Below, piece after piece: positions 39,130 through 47,482 of a DNA stretch of 61,169 nt (position 1 is its first letter; the number at the start of each line of letters is the position of its first letter). The notes under the pieces are model-generated. The model saw only the letters and a program-made list of their open reading frames with translations. It searched no databases and had not been told where the DNA came from. The DNA is taken from positions 1 through 61,169 of the forward strand of contig CALKGV010000027.1 in assembly GCA_938091805.1 (NCBI GenBank), given 5' to 3'. Source of the stretch: an uncultured archaeon. Lineage in GTDB: Archaea > Thermoproteota > Bathyarchaeia > Bathyarchaeales > DTEX01. A program made the translations under genes and the position numbers.

Positions 39130-39879
39130 TCAGGTTTTCATGGCGTGCAGTTTTCTTATTACAGAATAAATCCTCATAAGATCTTTCGAAAAATTTAGCT
39201 TCAGCCACCTCTCATAAAAAATGGACATTTTCCTTAAGGCAACGAATTTGCTATAAAGCTTCTTTTCCTCATCTATGAGATGCTTTTTTTCTATTCGCCC
39301 CTCAATGTTTTTCTTCATCAGTTTCATGTAACTATTAAGTATGCTCTTCGTTTTTCTTTCAATTCGTATTCTAACTCTATCAAGGAGCATTTTAACAGTT
39401 TTAGCATCGTTATCAATGATGGTCATTCTGGAAAATATTTTGGCGTCTTTGTCATTCTCTTTCATAAGCGTAAACAAATAGTTTACATTAAACAGGTTAC
39501 CCTTTTTGTCATATTTATTATTGTTGTGGCAGAAAGCATATACTGAACGGCAGATTTTTATGTAGGGCGTTCTCGAAAGTAGCCATCTGATTTTCCCCCC
39601 GTCATCCTTTCTGGCATTATACACAATAATGATGAGGCTGCCGAAATCAATAATGTTCCCCTCTTCATCATATATGGGTCTCCTAATTTCACGGGTTCTT
39701 TTAAGCAGCACCGGCTGATTTTCACCTATAATTTTTAGAGCTTCCTCAACTTTGCGATTTTCCACTTCCCAGAATGAACTACATATGCGTCTGCAACCTA
39801 AAGCATTAAGCCGCCTATATATCAACCCTCTATTTTCTTTCGAAGATTTATATGCAATATAAAATACCATTGTTGACAC
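39130..39879 (-). CDS. orphan hypothetical protein in the AT-rich island, with possible tandem Cas2/VapD-like beta-alpha-beta modules and a helical tail
   Basis: 249 aa. The gene is much more AT-rich than its neighbours (18/60 G+C counted in line 39301-39360). VFYIAY..(helix)..CRRICSSFWEV and IIIVYNA..(helix)..IKICRSVYAF repeat the same pattern. Confidence 0.6.
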   Translation of the reverse strand: MSTMVFYIAYKSSKENRGLIYRRLNALGCRRICSSFWEVENRKVEEALKIIGENQPVLLKRTREIRRPIYDEEGNIIDFGSLIIIVYNARKDDGGKIRWLLSRTPYIKICRSVYAFCHNNNKYDKKGNLFNVNYLFTLMKENDKDAKIFSRMTIIDNDAKTVKMLLDRVRIRIERKTKSILNSYMKLMKKNIEGRIEKKHLIDEEKKLYSKFVALRKMSIFYERWLKLNFSKDLMRIYSVIRKLHAMKT

Positions 39880-40159
39880 CTTAAACCTCGCCGGAGTCCT
39901 CCCGTGACTGTATTGGCATAGCTATTGTAAAACCCCTATGCCTATTGTCAGCCATCTATAAATTTTTATCGTTAACCTTTTAACCACTAATTAAATATGC
40001 GTTTCCTCATTTTATTTTTGTTTCTGCTTGTGAACGCAGATATTTCAATATTGTTTTCTCATTGTTTACCGATTTATCGTAAAGTTGAGCATTTTAGATT
40101 TTTACTGAAATGTTTTACTCATGGCTAAAAATTATTTCAATGGAAACATGATGTCAGCT

Positions 40160-40802
40160 GCCCACGGATAAATCCGTGGGCTTGAAGCTTTGGGTGGTTT
40201 TGGCGCCGCCTTCCACACCCTTCATACTTCAAGACGAGCCTACTGATGGAGGCTTCCCCCAGGAATCTGGCTCCAGAAATAGTATTTTGGGACGCTTACT
40301 TTCGGAGCCGCCCTGAGGGCGATGTTGAGGTTTGCCACTCGATCTCTATCTGCTTCGCATCCGCACTTGACGCATTTGAAGTAGACGTAGCCTTTCCAGT
40401 TTTCCCTGCCGACGTATCCACAGGTATTACGTTTTCTGAGGCGTCTAAGCCCTTCTATGACAATTTTAGCGTTGAACTGCTTGGCAAATCTAACTATTTC
40501 GTTTGCTATTTGCTATATTCTCGTTTTGACATAGTTTCTCTTCATTATGAGGCTAGTCAGCTTCCAGCCATCTTTAAGGTGCTTTCTTTCCTCAACTTAG
40601 CGTCGCCAACGTAGCCGAGGGCTTCCTTAACGAAATTAAGATAGCTTTCATAGGTTTCTCTAAGCAACTTTCCCTTAACCCTTGTGAGTTTAAGAATGTT
40701 GATAGGCAAACACTTCCTCGGAAGTGTTCCTAAAAGAATTTATAAAGAAGCTTTAATTTAAATACTTACTGTCGCAATTCCTCCCATGGTTAAAACCATG
40801 GG
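40160..40802 (-). mobile_element. decayed IS200/IS605-family element (tnpB-only, internally deleted) with both subterminal hairpins
   Basis: Perfect hairpins gcccacgg-ataaat-ccgtgggc (40160-40181) and cccatggtt-aa-aaccatggg (40783-40802) flank the tnpB remnant. Confidence 0.6.
40240..40709 (-). pseudogene. tnpB: tnpB (IS605 OrfB / RNA-guided nuclease) remnant
   Basis: Minus-strand translation gives ANEIVRFAKQFNAKIVIEGL....FKCVKCGCEADRDRVANLNIALRA, which is the RuvC-II region, zinc finger and RuvC-III. An in-frame stop, a frameshift and a short N-terminal piece (LPINILKLTRVKGKLLRETYESYLNFVKEA) precede it. Total coding potential is about 150 aa, against the roughly 400 aa expected. Confidence 0.7.
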
Positions 40803-41865
40803 CTTCCTTGCGACAGAGGATTGTGAAGATAATGGGGGATGTTATATTAAGTTGAAGATTAAAGCTGGTATCCTATTCAACCTTCCGAGTAAACCTGCAA
40901 GGGGCGAGAGCATTGACTACTTAGCTGAAGCTGAGGTTCTAGACCAGGTGGATGCTGTTCAGCGCTCTCTTGAGAAACTTGGAGTTGGTTACCAATTATT
41001 CCCCATAAAAGACGATGTTGAGGATTTAGTTACGGCTTTAAAGCAATATAGGCCAGATGTTGTCGTAAATTTATGTGAGGGATTTAGGGGTAATAGTCAT
41101 CTTGAGATGCACGTGCCAGCTATCCTGGAGATTCTGGGGATACCCTATACTGGAGCGGATCCTCTAGCGTTAGGGCTATGTCAAGATAAGGGTTTAGCTA
41201 AAGACTTGCTGAGGGCACATAATGTTCCAACGCCAAAATATCAGATAATGGAAGAATCTGGTCGTTTAAGAAGCGACCTGAAGTTTCCATTGTTCATCAA
41301 GCCTTTGAAGGAGGATGCTAGCATAGGGGTGTCAAAGCGTAGCTTTGTTAGGGATTTTGGAGAATTAAAGGCTCAGGTTGATTATGTAAATAAGGTTTAT
41401 GGGCAGCCAGCATTAGTTGAAGAGTTTATTGATGGAAGAGAATTGAATGTATCAGTTTTAGGTGATAAGGATCCCCTAGTTCTGCCAATATCTGAAATAA
41501 TATTTGACCTTCAAGATGGGCTGAAAATTGTTGATTACGCATCTAAGTGGCTTAAAGAGAGTGAAGAGTATGCTAGAACTAGGCCGGTGTGTCCAGCGGA
41601 TTTAGATGATGAGGTAAGAAGGATTGTTGAAGAAGTAGCCTTAAAGGCTTATAGGGCGCTGCGCTGCAGGGATTATGCGCGGGTTGATATACGTTTGGAA
41701 AGCCGAACTAAAATCCCATACGTCTTAGAGGTTAACCCGAACCCCGACATATCGCCTGAGGCTGGCTTTAACCGGTCGCTGAAGGCTGCCAATATAACAT
41801 TTGAGGATTTCATTATGATAATATTAAATTTTGCCCTTAAACGGAGTGGAAAACAAGGTTTCTAA
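40786..41865 (+). CDS. D-Ala-D-Ala-ligase-like ATP-grasp ligase, paralog 1
   Basis: ATP-grasp core (FPLFIKPLKEDASIGV, ALVEEFIDGRELNV, RVDIRL....YVLEVNPNP). The true start is probably TTG 40852 (LKIKAGILFNL, matching MKLKVGLTYNL of the paralog), because 40786-40802 lies inside the IS hairpin. Confidence 0.85.
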   Translation: MVKTMGFLATEDCEDNGGCYIKLKIKAGILFNLPSKPARGESIDYLAEAEVLDQVDAVQRSLEKLGVGYQLFPIKDDVEDLVTALKQYRPDVVVNLCEGFRGNSHLEMHVPAILEILGIPYTGADPLALGLCQDKGLAKDLLRAHNVPTPKYQIMEESGRLRSDLKFPLFIKPLKEDASIGVSKRSFVRDFGELKAQVDYVNKVYGQPALVEEFIDGRELNVSVLGDKDPLVLPISEIIFDLQDGLKIVDYASKWLKESEEYARTRPVCPADLDDEVRRIVEEVALKAYRALRCRDYARVDIRLESRTKIPYVLEVNPNPDISPEAGFNRSLKAANITFEDFIMIILNFALKRSGKQGF

Positions 41866-42913
41866 GCGGCTTATCCTTAATTAGATCCTGGAGACCATAC
41901 CTTTTAAGGGCTTGCCAAAGAATTGTGCATATGAGCTGCTCATAGGTTAAACCAGCAGCCCTTGCTGCTTCAGGTAAACATGAATGGGCATCAGGGTTTG
42001 GGATTAAACCGGGCAGTGGATTAACCTCCAAAACCCTTGGTGTGCTTTCACTATCTAACCTCATGTCTATGCGGCATAAATCTCTGCAATTTAGAACCTT
42101 AAATGTTTGAGTGGCAATATCTTTTATTTTGTTCTCGAGATTTAACGATATGCTCGCTGGGCACTCGAATATGTCTAGGGGTTTTTCCGGCGTATCCCAA
42201 ACCCATTTAGCCTCATAGGAGTATATTGGGCTGGCGCCGTTTGGCAGCTTATCAATTCGTATCTCAACTATTGGTAAAACAATCGGGTTTTCATTTCCAA
42301 TCAATCCAACTGTAAATTCTCTTCCAGGAAGGAACTCCTCAACAATGGCCGGCTGATTATAGGTTTCTATGATCCATAAAACCTGTTTTCTAAGGTTTTG
42401 CTCATCCTTAACTAGGGAGCTACTCCTAATGCCTTTGCTTGATCCCTCGGCTAGGGGCTTAACTACAAGTGGAAAATTTAAACAATCGCTAAGCTTTTCA
42501 TCAGCCCGCCTGAAAACCTGAAAGTTTGGGGATGGAATGCCGTAAGCGCTTAGGATTTTATGCGTTAAAGCCTTGTTTAGGCATATGGCAAGCGTATCTG
42601 GTCCAGAACCAGTATAGGGTATTCCAAGCATCTCTAGAATTACCGGTATATGTGACTCCCTGGACTCGCCACGGAAACCCTCAGCGATATTGAAAACTAT
42701 ATCCGGCTTCAACCTTCGAAGTTTACTGTAAGCATCCTCATTAGCTTCGATTTTTATAACTTTGCATCCTCCCATCTTTAGGGCCGAGGCTATAGCATCA
42801 ACGGTTTCTTCATCATCAAATTCTATGTAGAAATCCTCAGGTAAGTTTTCGTTAGCGCTAACTTTTCTTCTTAAATTATATGTAAGCCCAACCTTGAGTT
42901 TCATTGCGCACAT
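41837..42913 (-). CDS. D-Ala-D-Ala-ligase-like ATP-grasp ligase, paralog 2
   Basis: FPLVVKPLAEGSSKGI, AIVEEFLPGREFTV and RIDMRL....RVLEVNPLPG. The 3' end overlaps paralog 1 by 29 nt in convergent orientation. Confidence 0.85.
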   Translation of the reverse strand: MCAMKLKVGLTYNLRRKVSANENLPEDFYIEFDDEETVDAIASALKMGGCKVIKIEANEDAYSKLRRLKPDIVFNIAEGFRGESRESHIPVILEMLGIPYTGSGPDTLAICLNKALTHKILSAYGIPSPNFQVFRRADEKLSDCLNFPLVVKPLAEGSSKGIRSSSLVKDEQNLRKQVLWIIETYNQPAIVEEFLPGREFTVGLIGNENPIVLPIVEIRIDKLPNGASPIYSYEAKWVWDTPEKPLDIFECPASISLNLENKIKDIATQTFKVLNCRDLCRIDMRLDSESTPRVLEVNPLPGLIPNPDAHSCLPEAARAAGLTYEQLICTILWQALKRYGLQDLIKDKPLRNLVFHSV

Positions 42914-42954
42914 GCCCGCTGATGCCCAGCCTTAATATTCCGTTATACTACTCC

Positions 42955-44052
42955 TCATTTAACTGCTCTTTGTTGAATCTTGAGCAGTATGCGCTCCTCT
43001 TCTTCGGCTGGTATCTGCGGGTAAACATATATTTTTCCCTCATAGTTCCTTAAAACAACCTTTTCATCATCTATAGATAAAATGTAATCCGGCTGTAAGG
43101 GTATTTTCCCCCCGCCTCCAGGGGCATCGATAACGAAGCGCGGTATAGCTAGCCCCGATGTCCATCCGATGAGCGCTTCAAGTATTTTAATTCCAACTTC
43201 GACTCTCGTCCTGAAGTGATATGTGCCTTTAACAAGGTCCATTTGAAAGAGATAGTAGGGCTTTACACGAATCTTAAGTAGCTTCTGAAAAAGCTTCTTC
43301 ATTGTTTCAGGGTTATCATTAACTCCCCTAAGGAGAACAGATTGATTCCCAAGAGGTATGCCGGCGTCAGCCAGTAACCCGCAAGCCCTCTCGCTTTCCT
43401 CAGTTATTTCATTAGGATGCTCAAAGTGCACGTTCACGTATAATGGATGGTATTTTTTAAGAATTTTACATAATCTAGGCGTTATTCTCTGCGGCAACGT
43501 GCATGGAATCCTTGAACCTATTCTCAGTATTTCGACGTGAGGGATGGCCCTGAGTTTCTTGAGTAAAAACTCTATCGTGTCGTCTGGCAACATGAAGGGG
43601 TCTCCACCTGAGAGGAGAACATCTCTGATGCCAGTGTTCTCCCTTATATAATTGATCTGCGCCAGATACAAATCTTTAGAGAAGTTAATGAGGGGCTTCC
43701 CAACTTTTCTTTTTCTCGTGCAGAATCTGCAGTATGTGGCGCAGCTATTTGAGATGCACATTAAAACCCTGTCTGGATACCTATGAACCAAGCCTGGTAT
43801 TGGGCTTTCCTCCTCCTCGCTCAGCGGGTCATCATATCCATACGGGTCTTGGAGCTCAAGCGGGCTTGGGACGCATTGCTTCCAGATTGGATCCTCAACC
43901 TCTTCTATGAGGTCAAAGTAGTATCTTGAAATAAACATCGGATATTTCTCAACAACAGCCTTGATGGGGTTTATGTCGACGTTAAATTTATCTAAAATCT
44001 GCTCCGGTTTAGTTATGCTATTTTTAAGTATACTTTTCCAATCTTCTATCAT
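42955..44052 (-). CDS. KamA-family radical-SAM/PLP aminomutase (lysine 2,3-aminomutase-like, short form)
   Basis: CATYCRFCTRKR is the CxxxCxxC motif. SGGDPF, LLRGVNDN and overall KamA pattern are present. The protein is 365 aa and lacks the long C-terminal domain of clostridial KamA. Confidence 0.85.
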   Translation of the reverse strand: MIEDWKSILKNSITKPEQILDKFNVDINPIKAVVEKYPMFISRYYFDLIEEVEDPIWKQCVPSPLELQDPYGYDDPLSEEEESPIPGLVHRYPDRVLMCISNSCATYCRFCTRKRKVGKPLINFSKDLYLAQINYIRENTGIRDVLLSGGDPFMLPDDTIEFLLKKLRAIPHVEILRIGSRIPCTLPQRITPRLCKILKKYHPLYVNVHFEHPNEITEESERACGLLADAGIPLGNQSVLLRGVNDNPETMKKLFQKLLKIRVKPYYLFQMDLVKGTYHFRTRVEVGIKILEALIGWTSGLAIPRFVIDAPGGGGKIPLQPDYILSIDDEKVVLRNYEGKIYVYPQIPAEEEERILLKIQQRAVK

Positions 44053-44118
44053 TCTTCTTTACGCGCGCTCACTGTAGCACGCTTAGATGCTACGAAAATA
44101 TATGTGTGCACAGCACAT

Positions 44119-44130
44119 TATATATTTAAA
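44119..44130 (-). promoter_or_regulatory. TATA-like box upstream of the kamA-like gene
   Basis: The minus strand reads tttaaatatata about 70 nt upstream of ATG 44052. An adjacent TGTGCACA palindrome lies at 44104-44111. Confidence 0.3.
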
Positions 44131-44144
44131 GTTTTCTATCAATT

Positions 44145-44170
44145 CTTCTAGACTTCTTAAAGTCTAGAAG
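44145..44170. terminator. perfect 10-bp hairpin directly after the GNAT stop codon
   Basis: cttctagact (44145-44154), loop tcttaa, agtctagaag (44161-44170), 6 nt from the GNAT stop. Confidence 0.4.
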
Positions 44171-44175
44171 TCTTC

Positions 44176-44685
44176 TTAAAGATTCAGGACGTAAACGTCC
44201 TCACTGTAATATGTGCCGTCTTTAAGAATTCTCCTCACGCCTTCAAGCTTAAATCCGGCCTTCTCAGCCACATGTTTCATGGCGCTGTTCTCCTCAAGAG
44301 TTTCTATGATCAATTTTCTAATGCCCCTTCCTTTAGCCAACTTGATGGATTCTTTTACGAGGCTTGTTGCAACGCCCTTCCCCCAGTAATTTGGATGCAC
44401 GCTTATGCCTATGCTTGCAGCTTTCCCAGATTCTTCGTTAATGCGCCATAAGGCTAAGAAACCGATCGTCCGTCCTTCATGTTTAGCTATCAGAACATCT
44501 GCAAGATTGTTGTTTTGAAGATCCATGAAAAACTTCCTATACTCTTCAAGTTCCTTTTCAAAGTCTTCATCCGCATAATCAATAAGCCATTTTTTAACCA
44601 TAGGGTGGCGTTCAATCTCTACGATAGATTTAACGTCCTCATCCCTAAGAGGGGTCTGCTTGGCATTAATAATTTCAAATCTCAA
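44176..44685 (-). CDS. GNAT-family N-acetyltransferase (RimJ/RimL-like)
   Basis: VHPNYWGKGVATSLV acetyl-CoA binding block in a 169-aa protein. Confidence 0.85.
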   Translation of the reverse strand: MRFEIINAKQTPLRDEDVKSIVEIERHPMVKKWLIDYADEDFEKELEEYRKFFMDLQNNNLADVLIAKHEGRTIGFLALWRINEESGKAASIGISVHPNYWGKGVATSLVKESIKLAKGRGIRKLIIETLEENSAMKHVAEKAGFKLEGVRRILKDGTYYSEDVYVLNL

Positions 44686-44769
44686 CTTGTCCCCCCTAAA
44701 GGTTAAGAAAAAGAAGAAATTGAAGCGGTATAAAAGCGTTACCGAAAAATATATATCCTGGTAAATTTG

Positions 44770-45162
44770 CTACGCGTATCCATCCACTTCCAGATGGGAT
44801 TTCTGCCTGAGAAAAACTGTTGTTATGCCCTTATCCCTAAGCCTTCTTCTAAGTCTGCTGTCATTTGTTGCCACTATATATTTGCCTTCATTTGCAACAC
44901 GTAAAATTATATCGTCATAACTTTCACCAGGCCTTAACTCGACATCTACTATTCTACATTTTTTCACCAGTTCTAGGGCCGCTGAGAAATTTCTACGCGT
45001 CTTCTCAGATTTAACCGCTGAAAGCCTTTTCAGCTCATCTACAGTTGTTGATAGCACTATTGGCTCAAATCCTCCAATAAGAGCCTCTATTTCACTAAAA
45101 ATGTCCACTTTAAACTGGAATGGAACTAAAAGGAAATTTGCGTCCAATATGACCTTACGCAT
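44770..45162 (-). CDS. PIN-domain protein, Fcf1/Utp24-like
   Basis: VILDANFLLVP....IVATNDSRLRRRLRDKGI pattern. Confidence 0.75.
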   Translation of the reverse strand: MRKVILDANFLLVPFQFKVDIFSEIEALIGGFEPIVLSTTVDELKRLSAVKSEKTRRNFSAALELVKKCRIVDVELRPGESYDDIILRVANEGKYIVATNDSRLRRRLRDKGITTVFLRQKSHLEVDGYA

Positions 45163-45193
45163 TCCGATGATCTCTCCCTAATCTAATCAGACT

Positions 45194-46222
45194 TTAGGAA
45201 TAGACTTTTGATAGGACCGCGCCTAGCTTCACTGCCTCTATTAGACTTTTCGGGTTTGCTATGCCCCTGCCAGCTATATCGTACGCTGTCCCATGATCCA
45301 CGGAGGTCCTAATGAACGGTAAACCTAGGGTTACGGCAACAGCTCCATAAAAGTCGAGAGTTTTTGCCGCTATATGTCCTTGGTCATGATAGAGCGACAG
45401 AACTGCGTCATATTTACGCTCTAACGCTTGATGAAAGACGCTATCAGCCGGAATTGGACCGCTAACGTTTAAACCCATATTCTGAAGTTCTTTAATGGCT
45501 GGGATTATCTCTTCGGATTCCTCTCTCCCTATAAGATCCTCCTCACCAGCATGAGGGTTAAGCGCAGCTATGGCTATTCTAGGATTCTCTATCCCTATGC
45601 GGCGTAGCGCCTCCCTAACTCTCAAACTCATATCAATAATTCTTGCCTTTTTCACGGCTTTAATCGCCTCAATTAAGGGTATATGCCTAGTTAAAAAGAA
45701 GATTCTCATGCCTCTAACCCAGAACATTGTAAGCGGCTCCTTAACCCCACATAGCCCGGCTAGCATCTCAGTGTGCCCAATATATTTGCTTCCAGCCATG
45801 TTTATAGCTTTTTTATTTATTGGGGCAGTGGCCACAGCATCTATTTCGCCTTTTAAGGCGTATTCCACGGCTTTCTCAATATACTCTATTGAGGCTCTCC
45901 CAGATTCAATTGAGGCTCTGCCCATCTCCAGTTTTTCAAGATCAACATTTCCCATATCTATAAGTTCAACGAGCCCCCTTTCTCCTTTAACCTCACATGG
46001 AGAATTCACAGATCTAAATTCTACGTTAATTCCTAATTGCCTACTCGTCTCCCTTAAAATTCCTAAATCGCCTATTAATATAGGCTTGCAAAGGACAAAA
46101 ATGCTGTCCTCTAATAAGGTTTTTACCGAAATTTCTGGGCCTACGCCGGCTGGGTCACCGATGGTTATTCCGACAACCGGCCGGCTGTCTTCCTTCATCC
46201 TATTTTCCTCAACCTGAACCAA
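45194..46222 (-). CDS. pdxA: PdxA-family NAD-dependent 4-hydroxy-acid-phosphate dehydrogenase
   Basis: GITIGDPAGVGPEI, GHTE and SVDHGTAYDIAGRG blocks. Confidence 0.85.
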   Translation of the reverse strand: MVQVEENRMKEDSRPVVGITIGDPAGVGPEISVKTLLEDSIFVLCKPILIGDLGILRETSRQLGINVEFRSVNSPCEVKGERGLVELIDMGNVDLEKLEMGRASIESGRASIEYIEKAVEYALKGEIDAVATAPINKKAINMAGSKYIGHTEMLAGLCGVKEPLTMFWVRGMRIFFLTRHIPLIEAIKAVKKARIIDMSLRVREALRRIGIENPRIAIAALNPHAGEEDLIGREESEEIIPAIKELQNMGLNVSGPIPADSVFHQALERKYDAVLSLYHDQGHIAAKTLDFYGAVAVTLGLPFIRTSVDHGTAYDIAGRGIANPKSLIEAVKLGAVLSKVYS

Positions 46223-46254
46223 TTAAACTTTAAGACGATTCAGACCATCTATTC

Positions 46255-47349
46255 TCAACATAAATCTTTTCTCCCAATCCACTCGCGTTTTCTTCTAAGA
46301 TAATGCAGGTAAATTTGATAGGATACTTCTGGAGGAACCCTATGGTCGACTGTTGGTATATACCCGCCCTCTTTAAGTAGAGCGGTAAGATTCTCAAACT
46401 CCCTCTCTATGCCTCTCTCCCCAGCTACCAGTGCAAACTTGTTGACGCCGCCCATCAGTAAGACCTTGTTACCATATTTTTCCCTAAGCCTATAAATATC
46501 CGTGAAGCGGGCCTCTAGCGGAAACATGCAATTTATCCCGGATTTAAGCCAGCCTGGAACCAGGAGACCTATGTCACCGTCACAGTCTAATATATTTATG
46601 TATACGCCGTAATCCTTCAATACGTCAGTGACCTTCTTGTATCTTGGAACCATAAATTCCTCAAAGTGCCTTACGGATATTAGAGGTCCCCTACTATAGC
46701 ACATGTCCTCCCACCATGTTGCAAAATCCACCTTAACATCTCTCAGAGCCCTTCGAATTATTTTGATCCACAAATTTACTAAAGTATCCATCATTTCAGC
46801 GATCCAATCCGGATCCCTATGGAAAGATATCGATATTCTTTCGACGCCCATCCAATTTCTAAGCCAACCGTAAAGGCTTCCAACATGAATCCCTAGGGGG
46901 TAATCCCGTTCCCTATAGCTCTCTGCAACTTCATCCCAATTCAATGGGAAGCGCCCAGGCGTGTCAGGATCAAAAAACGGCCTCAGTTTTTCCCAGTCAT
47001 CTCTATTTTTTAATGGATAACGAATGTAATGCGGAACAGATGAGGTAGACGTTGTTCTTATGTATATGCCGCCCATCCCATCATCAACTATAGCCCGATC
47101 TCCCTCCTCCTTTATTATTCTCCCCGGTAACGCTGGCCACAATCCGGTTCTAATTGGGAGAATTTCAATGCAATCCCAACCCTCAAGCCCAAGGTAAAGC
47201 TCGATGTCTCTGTCAGTCTTCTTTTCCATCGGCAACCCCTCTTTATGCCATCTATCTATGGTTTCAGCCCAATATCCAAACTCATAATCTGGAACCCTAT
47301 CCACATCTTTAAACTCAAAGGTTCTGAGAAATCTTTCTTTATGGTTCAA
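46255..47349 (-). CDS. uroporphyrinogen-decarboxylase-fold (URO-D / MtaA-like) family protein
   Basis: N-terminal KERFLRTFEFKDVDRVP and a length of 364 aa. Confidence 0.55.
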   Translation of the reverse strand: MNHKERFLRTFEFKDVDRVPDYEFGYWAETIDRWHKEGLPMEKKTDRDIELYLGLEGWDCIEILPIRTGLWPALPGRIIKEEGDRAIVDDGMGGIYIRTTSTSSVPHYIRYPLKNRDDWEKLRPFFDPDTPGRFPLNWDEVAESYRERDYPLGIHVGSLYGWLRNWMGVERISISFHRDPDWIAEMMDTLVNLWIKIIRRALRDVKVDFATWWEDMCYSRGPLISVRHFEEFMVPRYKKVTDVLKDYGVYINILDCDGDIGLLVPGWLKSGINCMFPLEARFTDIYRLREKYGNKVLLMGGVNKFALVAGERGIEREFENLTALLKEGGYIPTVDHRVPPEVSYQIYLHYLRRKREWIGRKDLC

Positions 47350-47482
47350 AATTCGTGCCTCCTAAGATATGTATAAATTTCATAATATAAAAATTAAGCA
47401 TTATGATGAATTATTGTTTTCTCCATAATTAACTGCGAATTTCCTTTTTATGTATGGACTAGGTCCGCTTCAGCGTAGCCTT

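Noticed and set aside
40246-40614. 122-aa plus-strand ORF.
   Set aside because: It is antisense to a clearly recognisable tnpB remnant (RuvC and zinc-finger motifs on the minus strand), so it is a shadow ORF.
45570-46217. 215-aa plus-strand ORF.
   Set aside because: It is antisense to the well-supported PdxA-family gene. Its Ser/Ile/Pro-rich low-complexity translation is typical of shadow frames. The same reasoning applies to most other antisense track ORFs, including 1959..2375, 3835..4302, 4774..5112, 25179..25622, 26868..27260, 30042..30401 and 51367..51768.
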